From Bacillota bacterium (lineage in GTDB: Bacteria; Bacillota; UBA4882; JBLNCG01), in contig JBLNCG010000061.1 of assembly GCA_050260475.1 (NCBI GenBank), forward strand, positions 79,559-143,558: a stretch of 64,000 nucleotides of DNA. The letters are read 5' to 3'. The notes beneath the pieces are model-generated. The model ran no database searches and had not been told where the DNA came from. It saw only the letters and a list, made by a program, of their open reading frames with translations. A program made the translations under genes and the position numbers. This document shows, one piece after another, positions 36,962-46,161 of the stretch (its first letter is position 1; every line of letters begins with the position of its first letter).

Positions 36962-37525
36962 TTATTTGTTGACTCTCCGGATATAACCTCCGGTCCGGGT
37001 GTCTACGGCGATGACATCGCCGATGTTGACGAAAAGCGGAACATTTACGGTGAGCCCCGTGGAAACTTTGGCCGGTTTGGTGCCGCCCGTGGCCGTATCC
37101 CCTTTAAATCCCGGTTCGGTCACGGTTACTTCCAAATCCACGGTGGTAGGCAGATCCACGCCCATGGTCTGGCCCTGATAAAACTGGATCATCACCACCA
37201 TATTTTCAATGAGGTAATAGACCACATCCCCCAATTTATCCCTGGTGAGGGAGATCTGCTCGTAATTCTCCTTGTCCATGAAAAAGTAATCATCGCCCGA
37301 ATTATAGAGATATTCCATCTCGCGGGTCTCAATGTGGGCCCGGGATACCTTCTCCCCCGCGTTGAAGGTCTTTTCCAGCATGTTCCCAGTGCGGATGTTT
37401 CTGAGCTTTGTGCGGACAAAAGCCGCGCCTTTCCCCGGTTTCACATGCATAAATTCCACGACCTGGAAAATCTCCCCGTTGATCTCCAGAGTAAGACCGG
37501 TTTTAAGATCATTGACGGAAATCAT
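36962..37525 (-). CDS. efp: elongation factor P
   Basis: 187 aa with the [16 protein letters not shown] loop containing the modified Lys. Confidence 0.98.
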   Translation of the reverse strand: MISVNDLKTGLTLEINGEIFQVVEFMHVKPGKGAAFVRTKLRNIRTGNMLEKTFNAGEKVSRAHIETREMEYLYNSGDDYFFMDKENYEQISLTRDKLGDVVYYLIENMVVMIQFYQGQTMGVDLPTTVDLEVTVTEPGFKGDTATGGTKPAKVSTGLTVNVPLFVNIGDVIAVDTRTGGYIRRVNK

Positions 37526-37566
37526 GCGATCACTCCTTTATATACAAGCAAATCAAGTACAGGTAA

Positions 37567-37595
37567 ATTATATTAAAAAAAACCGTGATTGTCCA
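37567..37595 (-). promoter_or_regulatory. sigma-A promoter candidate for efp
   Basis: The minus strand reads TGGACA, a 17-nt spacer, then TATAAT, about 40 nt upstream of the efp ATG. Confidence 0.5.
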
Positions 37596-37645
37596 CACTT
37601 TTCTGCCTTTTATCAAGCTCCGCCCCGGGATAAAGGGATTTTCTT

Positions 37646-38713
37646 TTATATCTCCCATAGATCGCGCGGAATGGAATTTAATGAAAACGCGCCTTCTTCA
37701 CCGATAACAGCCATATCCTCGATCCTTACCCCGCCCCAGCCGGAAACATATACTCCGGGTTCCACGGTTACCACAGTTCCAGCGGGCAGCGGCCGGTCTT
37801 CCGTCACGGGCGACAAATGCGGTTCCTCGTGAATCTCCAGGCCGACTCCATGCCCGGTTCCATGACCGAAACGCTCCCCATGGCCTCCTGTGCAAATCAC
37901 CCGGCGCGCCAGGGCATCTGCTTCCCTTGTCCCCATCCCGGCCCTTAAGCCCGACATACATTCCTCCTGGGCTTTTAATACCAGACCGTGAATCTCTTTT
38001 TGCCTTTCATCAGCCCGGCCCAGCACCACAGTGCGGGTCAAATCGGCATTATATCCCGACAGGCGCGCTCCGCAATCTATAATCACCAGATCACCCTTCT
38101 TCAATTCCGCATCGGAAGCCCGCCAATGCGGCAGCGCGCTGCGGTTCCCGCCGGCGATGAGGGTCTCGAAAGCGAATCCTTCGGCCCCCTTAAGCCTCAT
38201 ACGGTATTCCAATTCGGCCGCGGCCCGTTTTTCCGTCATCCCCGGTTTAAGTATGCCCAGAAAGTCCATAAAAGCCTCTTCCGTGGTACGCAAGGCCTTT
38301 CCTATCATATCTCTTTCGGCGTCATCCTTGGTCATTCTCATTTTTTCCAGGAAAGTGCACGGAACTATATGATCCGCGCCGAACGCCCCGTTCAATTCCG
38401 CATAATCCGCGTAAGCGATATGGCGGGATTCCACGCCGATCCTTTTAGGGTTTAATTTTTTACAGGCGTTGATCACCGAGGGAAGAAACATTCCCTCCTG
38501 TTTAACCAATTCGTAGCCCGGGGCCTGCCCGGCGGCCTGCTTAAGATACCGGAAATCCGTAACCAAGAGCGCCCTTCCGGAGGTGATGATGAGGGCCCCG
38601 GAGGTGCCGTAAAATCCGCTCAGGTAATAGCGATGGATTTGGCTTAAAACCAGCAGGAGGTCCAATTCAGCCTTTTCCATCAATTTGCGCGTTCTCTCCA
38701 GTCGATCTTTCAC
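37646..38713 (-). CDS. Xaa-Pro aminopeptidase/dipeptidase (M24B)
   Basis: 355 aa with metal-ligand blocks DCGARLSGYNADLTRT, HGTGHGVGLEIHE and VTVEPGVY. Confidence 0.93.
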   Translation of the reverse strand: MKDRLERTRKLMEKAELDLLLVLSQIHRYYLSGFYGTSGALIITSGRALLVTDFRYLKQAAGQAPGYELVKQEGMFLPSVINACKKLNPKRIGVESRHIAYADYAELNGAFGADHIVPCTFLEKMRMTKDDAERDMIGKALRTTEEAFMDFLGILKPGMTEKRAAAELEYRMRLKGAEGFAFETLIAGGNRSALPHWRASDAELKKGDLVIIDCGARLSGYNADLTRTVVLGRADERQKEIHGLVLKAQEECMSGLRAGMGTREADALARRVICTGGHGERFGHGTGHGVGLEIHEEPHLSPVTEDRPLPAGTVVTVEPGVYVSGWGGVRIEDMAVIGEEGAFSLNSIPRDLWEI

Positions 38714-38745
38714 CAGAATACCTCCCGGCGCTTTCCTTTAACGGG

Positions 38746-39183
38746 CTACTTTGTTTCTAAACAATTCACCAGGGCATCCAGCGCCATAAGATACCCGAAC
38801 CACCCGAAACCGCTGATCTGCCCCGCCACCACCGGGGCAATCACTGAGTGGGCGCGAAATTCCTCCCTTTTGTATATATTCGAAAGATGCACCTCTACAA
38901 CGGGTAAATTCACGGCGGCCAAGGCATCCCGCACGGCGATGCTATAATGGGTGAATGCCGCGGGATTGATGATAATTCCGTCGCATTCTTTCCGCGCCGC
39001 CTGTATTTTATCCACCAGATCCCCTTCGTCATTGGTTTGAAAAAATTCCACCGTACAGCCTGTTTTTCGCGCCTTCTCCCGGACCAGGCCGTTGATCTCC
39101 TCCAGGGATTTTACGCCGTATACGGCTGGTTCGCGCTCCCCAAGCAGGTTGAGGTTGGGGCCATTTAAAATCAGTATCTTCAT
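38746..39183 (-). CDS. aroQ: type II 3-dehydroquinate dehydratase
   Basis: 145 aa with ILNGPNLNLLGEREPAVYG and the HLSNIYKREEFR motif. Confidence 0.96.
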   Translation of the reverse strand: MKILILNGPNLNLLGEREPAVYGVKSLEEINGLVREKARKTGCTVEFFQTNDEGDLVDKIQAARKECDGIIINPAAFTHYSIAVRDALAAVNLPVVEVHLSNIYKREEFRAHSVIAPVVAGQISGFGWFGYLMALDALVNCLETK

Positions 39184-39242
39184 ATCGATACCTCCTACTA
39201 CTAAAAAATAGACGATGGAATACAGAGGACAGGATACAGAAG

Positions 39243-40328
39243 TTAAATCAAGCCCTCCCCGAGGACATTCATTACCAGATCTTTATCAATATCATCGGTG
39301 ATGATGGCTTCCCCGATTTTAACGGTAAAGACCATGCGAATCCGGCCCTGCCGCGCCTTTTTATCCCCCTGCATCAGGTCCCAGACGCGCAGGGGATTAT
39401 ACGCCGGCACAGGCAGGCCGGCAAGGAGCTTCCGCACCATGCGCAACTGCTTTTCCCCTTCTCCGGCGGACAGAATCCCCATCCTCATCGCGATCCGGGC
39501 GGCCGCGGCAATGCCCAAAGCCACCGCTTCGCCATGGCGAAAATATCCGTAGCGGAAATACGACTCCAGGGCGTGCCCTACCGTATGGCCGTAATTTAGG
39601 AGCGCCCGCTCTCCTGCCTCCTTTTCATCCCTTTCAACCACCGCGGCTTTGATCCGGCACGACCATGCCACGGCTTTTTCCAGCGCCGCGTTATCCGCCG
39701 CCACTATCCGGTCCAGATTTTCATCAAGGTATGAGAAAAAGGCGGCGTCCTTGATCATGCCGTGTTTGACCAGTTCCGTCAATCCCGCCCTCAATTCCCG
39801 GCCGGGCAGGGTTTTAAGCGTTGACAGATCGGATATCACCAGGCGCGGCTGATGAAAAGCCCCGATCAGATTTTTCCCGCGGGGGTGGTTGACGCCGACC
39901 TTCCCCCCGATGCTCGAATCCACCTGCGCCAAAAGCGTAGTGGGAATCTGGACAAGGGGCAGGCCCCGCAAGATCGTGGCTGCCGCGAATCCGGCCATGT
40001 CGCCGACAACTCCGCCGCCCAAAGCCAGCACTGCAGTCTGACGGTCCGCCGGCCAGGACAGGGCCGCATCGTAAATGCGCCGTATCTGCCCCAGATTCTT
40101 ATATTTCTCCCCGTCCGGAACCTCCACGGCCCGGCAGTTCATTCCCGCTGCCGCCAGACATTGGAGGACCGGTTTCAGATACAATCGCCCCACGGTGGGA
40201 TTTGTTACAAGCAGGCATTTCGGGCCCAGGCCGCACGCGGCGATCATTTCTCCCGCCCGCGCAGAAACACTCTCGCCGATGTGAATACGATAACCGCAGC
40301 CGTCTAAATTAACTGCCACAACCTTCAT
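39243..40328 (-). CDS. aroB: 3-dehydroquinate synthase
   Basis: It has the GGGVVGDMAGFAA nucleotide-binding block and the YGHTVGHALE metal site. I prefer the ATG at 40328 (GGAGGAA RBS). The 45-codon extension in the ORF track is rejected. Confidence 0.94.
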   Translation of the reverse strand: MKVVAVNLDGCGYRIHIGESVSARAGEMIAACGLGPKCLLVTNPTVGRLYLKPVLQCLAAAGMNCRAVEVPDGEKYKNLGQIRRIYDAALSWPADRQTAVLALGGGVVGDMAGFAAATILRGLPLVQIPTTLLAQVDSSIGGKVGVNHPRGKNLIGAFHQPRLVISDLSTLKTLPGRELRAGLTELVKHGMIKDAAFFSYLDENLDRIVAADNAALEKAVAWSCRIKAAVVERDEKEAGERALLNYGHTVGHALESYFRYGYFRHGEAVALGIAAAARIAMRMGILSAGEGEKQLRMVRKLLAGLPVPAYNPLRVWDLMQGDKKARQGRIRMVFTVKIGEAIITDDIDKDLVMNVLGEGLI

Positions 40329-41757
40329 GAACCGGTTCCTCCAGTGCCTTTTTGGACGGGGATTGGACCATCTCCATGGCCAGGGAGATCCCCATGATGC
40401 TCCAGAGCAGCGGCCAGGTGCTGACTTTGTCGTAAATGAACGCCCCTTGCGCCAGATAAGCAAGTAGCAGCAGGCGCATGGTCAGGACAAAACATCTTTC
40501 GCCTTTTGCCAAAAAAAGGCAGCGAAAAAGCAGCGCCAAATATGCAATCAGTCCGGGAATTCCCATCGTAACGGCCAAGTCGAGGTAAATATTATGCGCC
40601 TTGATGCTCGGGGCCTTCCCGGCCCCTTGAATATACGGCAGCGAATCCAGCCCCGCCCCCTTAAACCAGTATTTGGGCAGCACCTTAAGCATCCATTTCC
40701 ACATGGCAATACGTTCACCCGTGGAATAAAGATATCCCCGCCCCGGAATCCTGGCTTCAACCTTGCCTCTAACCGCCAAATCCGACTCCCGGCTGATGGA
40801 GGCCATTCTTTTTAACAGCATCCAGTTATGCAGAGGCAGCAGGCTCAAGACCACGGCAATACACAATCCGCAAGCCAAAGCAAGCTTAACATAATGTTTC
40901 CGGAAGCATATCAACGTACATATGGATAAACACGCCAGAGCCACCCAGGCTCCCCTGCTCAATGTGGCCAAAAGGCTGGCAAAAATCAACGCACTCAATA
41001 ACAGCCAGATTTTGCTATTGCCCCGCAAAAATTTATAAAGGGCCAAGGGCAGTAAAAACAACAGATACGTGGCGAACCAGTTGGGATTTCCCATGGTGCT
41101 GTAGCTGCGGAACAAGTTATCAAAATACCATGTGCCTCTGGGCAGCAAATTTAAGCCCAGATACTGCAGGACGCCTATGGCCGCCACCGGAACACCGCCC
41201 AGCAATAAGGCGTTTATCCCATGTTGAATATCGTCTTCCGTTTTCAGGCAGATCAGGGGGAGGCAGAGAAAAACCATGCAGAAAATCACTGTCATTAAGC
41301 CGGTGTGCTGGTAGTGGTGTCCGTAAAACGCATTTACCGCCGCCATGGTGTAATCGCTGAAGATTATCCACAGGCATCCCAGGCCGATAAATGTAAAACC
41401 CAAATTCAAGGCATCCGCGGGATAAAATCCACGGCGGGCCCTGTGATACAGCAAGCCGGCCAATACCATGCCGGCCAGAAAAAAAATGATTGTGTCGCTG
41501 TTTAATCCATAAAACGCCAAAAAATACAGGGCGGCCGTCATGGCCGGAATCAGCATCAGCGGAAAGCCGCGGATTTTTTCCCCGCGCGCGGGCCACGTGG
41601 CGCCGGCCAACGCCGCAACCGCCGCGGCGCCGAGAAACTTCAGGTAAGAATATTTCACCAGGGTAAAATGGACGAAGGAAGGGGAGAATGCCAGTGGAAA
41701 AGTGCTTAAAAAAACACAGAAAATCCATTTGCCCGTTTTATGCCAGAATTCTTTCAT
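40309..41757 (-). CDS. O-antigen ligase-like (Wzy_C domain) polytopic membrane protein, last gene of the pilus locus
   Basis: It has about 11 TM helices, the block LLATLSRGAWVAL and a later AHNIYLDLAVTMGIPG, both typical of the WaaL/PilO(TfpO)/PglL family. I prefer the ATG at 41757, because the extension to 41937 would overlap the upstream pilin gene. Confidence 0.75.
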   Translation of the reverse strand: MKEFWHKTGKWIFCVFLSTFPLAFSPSFVHFTLVKYSYLKFLGAAAVAALAGATWPARGEKIRGFPLMLIPAMTAALYFLAFYGLNSDTIIFFLAGMVLAGLLYHRARRGFYPADALNLGFTFIGLGCLWIIFSDYTMAAVNAFYGHHYQHTGLMTVIFCMVFLCLPLICLKTEDDIQHGINALLLGGVPVAAIGVLQYLGLNLLPRGTWYFDNLFRSYSTMGNPNWFATYLLFLLPLALYKFLRGNSKIWLLLSALIFASLLATLSRGAWVALACLSICTLICFRKHYVKLALACGLCIAVVLSLLPLHNWMLLKRMASISRESDLAVRGKVEARIPGRGYLYSTGERIAMWKWMLKVLPKYWFKGAGLDSLPYIQGAGKAPSIKAHNIYLDLAVTMGIPGLIAYLALLFRCLFLAKGERCFVLTMRLLLLAYLAQGAFIYDKVSTWPLLWSIMGISLAMEMVQSPSKKALEEPVHEGCGS

Positions 41758-41911
41758 GCCTGATTCATTATCCTTCCCGCTGTATTCATCCGCTATTATT
41801 ATTCCATAACCGCCGGAATCATCCTGCCGGCCTGATAAATAAACACGATAAAAGACAACCCGGGCCGGACCCGGGTTTTTATATGCGCATCCGCAACCAA
41901 ATCTTAAATGG

Positions 41912-42403
41912 TCATACATCGCTGGTGCGCTGGGCAACGGATACTTTTACCGAGTGGGTCTCATCCGTCTTATAATCCATCTTAAAGTTTATTTGCACCG
42001 TAACCAGGGAAGGACCCACTGCAAAATTCAAGGGATTGGCGTCAGCCAAATACATGCGGGTAACAACGGTTTTCCTTACGGCGCCGTCCACATAATGGCA
42101 AATATTCCCGTCACCGTCAAGCTTAATCTCGTTATTTTTATCGGATTGGTCTTTGAACGCAAGATTGGATGCCCCCGGCAAGGTAAAATATCTCCCGCTT
42201 CTTAAAACCCGCTCAAGGTATTCGATGGCCTGTATCCCTAAATATCGCATCTCATCTTTCTTTTTTTGCCTTGCGTATTCGTCCAGAAAGGTAACATAGT
42301 TCTGCATCACCGCAACCGAGACAATGATAAAGATGGATATGGCCACCAGTATTTCCACCAACGTAAAACCGGAGGTTTTTTGGTTATGGGTCGTCATCGT
42401 CAA
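41912..42403 (-). CDS. minor pilin / pseudopilin (prepilin-type N-terminal cleavage-methylation domain), cassette 1 gene 3
   Basis: The leader is ...KTSG|FTLVEILVAISIFIIV with Glu at +5. It is a paralog of 45122..45700, sharing QKK..EM, NEI..DGDGN..HY, PSLV.V.INF and AQRT. Confidence 0.85.
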   Translation of the reverse strand: MTMTTHNQKTSGFTLVEILVAISIFIIVSVAVMQNYVTFLDEYARQKKKDEMRYLGIQAIEYLERVLRSGRYFTLPGASNLAFKDQSDKNNEIKLDGDGNICHYVDGAVRKTVVTRMYLADANPLNFAVGPSLVTVQINFKMDYKTDETHSVKVSVAQRTSDV

Positions 42404-42439
42404 AACCTCTTTGGTAATTAATTCGCCATAAGATCCTGC

Positions 42440-42874
42440 TTAATACTCCACTTGCTGGACAACTTCCGTTACCAGCTCAATTAAGGACGGGCCTGCTTTC
42501 GTCATGTCGGCGGCATTGGATGAAGCGGCTTTATATACCCTTATATCGCACCGGTATTTATTCCTGCCGTCCACATTAACCTTGGCCACGGCCTGTTCCT
42601 TGATATAGTGCCCGTTAAATAAAACCTCATGAGTGGTCACGGGATTATCGTCCACATATGTAAACGTGTTGCGCATCAATTGGCTACGCAGCAGATCCAC
42701 CGATGAAGAGGCGATTTTAGTGGCTTCATCCATCTGCCGGGCGTCTTTCTCGTTGCGCAAGTTTACAAGCAGGGTTTCCCCGGACAGGATAATTGCGAGA
42801 GCCAGGAGGAAAATCGCCACAATCACCTCGGGTATGGTGAATCCCCTTTGACGGCCCCTGTTCATTAATCTCAC
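42440..42874 (-). CDS. minor pilin / pseudopilin, cassette 1 gene 2
   Basis: The leader is ...RQRG|FTIPEVIVAIFLLALAI. It is a paralog of 45715..46161, sharing DEA.KIASS..D..RSQ. Confidence 0.85.
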   Translation of the reverse strand: MRLMNRGRQRGFTIPEVIVAIFLLALAIILSGETLLVNLRNEKDARQMDEATKIASSSVDLLRSQLMRNTFTYVDDNPVTTHEVLFNGHYIKEQAVAKVNVDGRNKYRCDIRVYKAASSNAADMTKAGPSLIELVTEVVQQVEY

Positions 42875-42876
42875 CT

Positions 42877-44859
42877 CTATGATATCGCCTTGGCGGGCGC
42901 GTAAAATCTTTCTTTATACTGCCGGATCCTGATGTTGGTCAAACGCGCCACAAAGGGCGCATTGGCCATATTCTCATAGCGCCAGACACGCCGGGACGGG
43001 GTGTAATATTGCCCGCTCCAGTCGGAATCCACAAAAACGGTATTGAAAGCATCGATAAAACACCCCTTGACTGTGACAACGCGATAGCTTTCCCACTTTT
43101 CAAGAAAGCGCACGAAATTCTCCAAACCGCCGTTATAATGCACTTTATTCCCATAGGCGGAACTGTTGGTTTCCAAATCGATGCGCAATTGCGCAAGCAA
43201 AGCGTTATACCCGGGTTTAGTCCAGTCTTTTTCCGCTTCCCTGACTATGGTTTCTTCTGTGATTTCCTCCTTGTTTGCGGGATCACGCGGATCCTTCACG
43301 TATGTGTCTTTATTCCCCGCCACTATCGCCGCGTTGACGGTCATTGCGCTAAGGTAGCTTCCATCCGCCTTCTTGGGGATATTCGTATTATTGGTCGCCA
43401 CGGGAACGGCCGTGCAAAAATAAGGGGAAACCAACGTCAAACACTGGGAGGCAAACATAAGGTCGTAATATTTGGAACCGTCCGCCCTGCAATTGACGTT
43501 GCCTGATACATACAAAGGCGCATCCGTAACAATACTGGTATGCGCGTATATTTCATCGGCGTTTTTAACCAATACCGCGGGAAAAAACTCGCCCATCACG
43601 CCTTCTTCCTCTTCGTTTATCTCCTCGGCCATGGTGATGTAAATGATATCCTGCTGCAAATCAATATTAGGGCTGACGGTTCGGAAATATTCGTAGAGCT
43701 TTTTTATGTCTATTCCGACGACCTTTACCTTCCGGCCTTCGCGGCCGTCCGTAAAAGCCGAGACATTGTTCGGTCTGCCGGGATAAGTGGCGAAGTATAT
43801 TGCGGCGTGCAAACCCGAAGTGTCCTGAAGATCCTTTTTCAACTCAAAATCCTTGTCGGGATCGGACAACGGATCCCTGTATCTTGCGGGGGCGGCCGGA
43901 TCCGTCATGATATATACATAACCCCTGCCTACACTGTCGACTTCGACCACCAGCCCATATTCAAGCGCTTTTTTATGGTAAAATCCGCCCCTTGCCAGGT
44001 CCTGCAAAGGCGGAGAGGCTTCCGGATTGGCGTAGCGCCGGACTATCTGCCCCCAGCGCGAGGCGCATCTGGTGTCAAATTGAAGGTTGCCCCAATGCCC
44101 GTCTTCGCTGACAAGCATATTGTCGTCTTTAATCTTGATATAATTATCCCTGTATTGAAAATACCCCAAATCAAATTTCCTGCGGCGGTAAAAGTTCCTT
44201 TCCGTCTCAAGTTTTTTTGTGGCCGCGGCGCCAATAGGATCGGAGGGATCCCCGAAGGTAACCTCCACATTATCGGCTCCGGGCGTCAGGTATGCCCCTC
44301 CCCTGCCGTGCAGGCTTCCGTAAACATCAAGGCGCGTTCCGGGCTGGACTTCCAAATCCCGGATGGTATAGATGAAATACTTGGTAATGGGTTCGCTGAC
44401 GATTTCATTGCTGAATTCAATGATATAATAATGGCCCGTTGCCTCCGATTCGGCCTTTACCGTCAGGGGAAAGCTTCTGATTATCGGGTCGGGCAGGCTC
44501 GGATTTCCCGTAAGTGTTATGGGGCCCGTCAATTGCGACGTAAGTATGTATTTTATGCCTTTAATGGTGACATCAAGCATTCCGGCGGCAATGGTATACT
44601 GTGACGCGTCCGGCAAATCCGATTCCCTTGTGATGTCCTTCTTGCCTTCGATGTAATGGTCATAAATGTTCTTTTTGATATAGTCCACCCCGATCTCCGC
44701 CGCGTTTCTTAAAACCGTGGCTTCCCTCGACGAAACCGTGCGGTTTAAGGTATTGCTTGTAGAAAGGAGCAGGCCCGCACAAATCAGAAAGATAAAAAAA
44801 ATCAAAAACAATACAACGACAATGACGATTCCGCTCTCGTCCCTGCGCATATCAAACAC
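42877..44859 (-). CDS. large (660 aa) GspK/PilX-like pseudopilin-type protein lacking Glu5, cassette 1 gene 1
   Basis: The N-terminus is ...DESG|IVIVVVLFLIFFIFLI, a class III signal-like hydrophobic helix with no E5. I recognise no domain in the large C-terminal region. It is clearly paralogous to 46158..48353. Confidence 0.7.
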   Translation of the reverse strand: MFDMRRDESGIVIVVVLFLIFFIFLICAGLLLSTSNTLNRTVSSREATVLRNAAEIGVDYIKKNIYDHYIEGKKDITRESDLPDASQYTIAAGMLDVTIKGIKYILTSQLTGPITLTGNPSLPDPIIRSFPLTVKAESEATGHYYIIEFSNEIVSEPITKYFIYTIRDLEVQPGTRLDVYGSLHGRGGAYLTPGADNVEVTFGDPSDPIGAAATKKLETERNFYRRRKFDLGYFQYRDNYIKIKDDNMLVSEDGHWGNLQFDTRCASRWGQIVRRYANPEASPPLQDLARGGFYHKKALEYGLVVEVDSVGRGYVYIMTDPAAPARYRDPLSDPDKDFELKKDLQDTSGLHAAIYFATYPGRPNNVSAFTDGREGRKVKVVGIDIKKLYEYFRTVSPNIDLQQDIIYITMAEEINEEEEGVMGEFFPAVLVKNADEIYAHTSIVTDAPLYVSGNVNCRADGSKYYDLMFASQCLTLVSPYFCTAVPVATNNTNIPKKADGSYLSAMTVNAAIVAGNKDTYVKDPRDPANKEEITEETIVREAEKDWTKPGYNALLAQLRIDLETNSSAYGNKVHYNGGLENFVRFLEKWESYRVVTVKGCFIDAFNTVFVDSDWSGQYYTPSRRVWRYENMANAPFVARLTNIRIRQYKERFYAPAKAIS

Positions 44860-44912
44860 CTCAGTGAAATGTTAAGGCTTTTTGGGATTTTTCCGCTGTC
44901 GGCGGGGTATAT

Positions 44913-45028
44913 AGCAATTTGTGTCGTTATGATGATTTTACGTCTTGCCATAAAAATCGATAGCCTAATGGTAACCATACACTATTTTCAGTGGCAAGAC
45001 CTTGAATTAAGGTAACAACGCAATTGCC
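44913..45028 (+). repeat. family A repeat, copy A5 (between the two pilus tip cassettes)
   Basis: AGCAATTTGTGTCGTTATGATGATTTTACGTCTTGCCATAAAAATCGATAGCCTAATGGTAACCATACACTATTTTCAGTGGCAAGACCTTGAATTAAGGTAACAACGCAATTGCC. The GCCA/TGGC pair is compensatory relative to GCCG/CGGC in the other copies. Confidence 0.85.
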
Positions 45029-45121
45029 TTTGTATATAACTATTTACCAAATTTATTCTGCATCCAATTTAATCATCCTTCTAAAGCGGCGATAAAGATT
45101 AAAACCTGGGGGTTGCCCGGG

Positions 45122-45700
45122 TCATTGAATCTCGTCCATGGTCCTTTGCGCGATGCAAACCTCCAGGGGATAAGTGACGAATGTATTTCTCTGCGGCACG
45201 CTGAAGTTTATATATACTTTCACCAGGGACGGGTACGTGGTGAAGGTGATGGGCGCGGTGGGCGCCAGATATCTTGCGGGAATGACGGTGCGTTTCCGTA
45301 TCAATTGATTGTTGTTCAATGTATCATAAATATAATGCGTGACGTTTCCATCGCCGTCGACCCTTATCTCATTCAATTGATCATGCCTTCCCGTGTTAAA
45401 ACCGGTTTCGTCGATAATATTATGCTGATCATAAAACTGCAGCCTGTCGGTTTTCAACACCCCGTTCTCGTAAGGTATGCGGTAATTCTTTCCGGCCCTG
45501 ACGACAATCTCCATGTAGCTGACGGTCTGCACCGCCATGAATTGCATCTCTTCGGTCTTCTTCTGGGTCATATAGTCATTGATGAAGTTGTAATAGACAT
45601 TTATCAAAATTATAAAGCCAATGCTCAGGATGGCGATTGCCACCAGGATCTCCGAGAAGGTAAAACCGGCGGCGCTTTTTACGTTTATTCCTTTTTTCAT
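45122..45700 (-). CDS. minor pilin / pseudopilin, cassette 2 gene 3
   Basis: The leader is ...KSAAG|FTFSEILVAIAILSIGF with Glu at +5. It is a paralog of 41912..42403. Confidence 0.85.
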   Translation of the reverse strand: MKKGINVKSAAGFTFSEILVAIAILSIGFIILINVYYNFINDYMTQKKTEEMQFMAVQTVSYMEIVVRAGKNYRIPYENGVLKTDRLQFYDQHNIIDETGFNTGRHDQLNEIRVDGDGNVTHYIYDTLNNNQLIRKRTVIPARYLAPTAPITFTTYPSLVKVYINFSVPQRNTFVTYPLEVCIAQRTMDEIQ

Positions 45701-45714
45701 GCGATTTACCCCCG

Positions 45715-46161
45715 TTATTGCTCAACCTGGAGCGCGATCCGCGAAGACAAATCCGCCAGGATCTGCGGTATTTTCGTGGAAACGGCCGTGTTGGCCGGAT
45801 CGGTGGATTCGGCGGCGTATACTTTTACGGTACAGCTATAAATCGGCGTTAAACCGGGTTGATTGGGATCATATTGAATCCTTGCCACATTAATAATCCT
45901 TATATAATGCCGGTTCAAAAAAGCCACGTTCGCCGTCTCGCTCATATCGGCCATTAAATTTCCCCTTAATATCTGGCTGCGGTAGTCATCCATGGCGCTT
46001 GACGCGATCTTGGCGGCCTCGTCGATCATGCGGCTCCTTATTTCCAGGCGCAGGTTGGCGGTCATCGTATAAGAGGACCAGACGACCACCATCCCCATGA
46101 TGAAGATGGCGATGATTACCTCTACGAAACCAAGGCCTTTTTCATCCATCTGGTTTCTCAT
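45715..46161 (-). CDS. minor pilin / pseudopilin, cassette 2 gene 2
   Basis: The leader is ...DEKG|LGFVEVIIAIFIMGMV, and Glu falls at +5 only if cleavage follows the first Gly. It overlaps the upstream large gene by 4 nt and is a paralog of 42440..42874. Confidence 0.8.
   Translation of the reverse strand: MRNQMDEKGLGFVEVIIAIFIMGMVVVWSSYTMTANLRLEIRSRMIDEAAKIASSAMDDYRSQILRGNLMADMSETANVAFLNRHYIRIINVARIQYDPNQPGLTPIYSCTVKVYAAESTDPANTAVSTKIPQILADLSSRIALQVEQ

Noticed and set aside
44794..44801. An A8/T8 homopolymer inside the 5' end of the 660-aa tip gene, and a T8 tract at 55183-55190 upstream of pilA, as possible slipped-strand phase-variation switches.
   Set aside because: Tracts of 8 are short for efficient slippage. 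The coding tract simply encodes the Phe/Leu-rich signal helix. No population heterogeneity can be judged from a single sequence.
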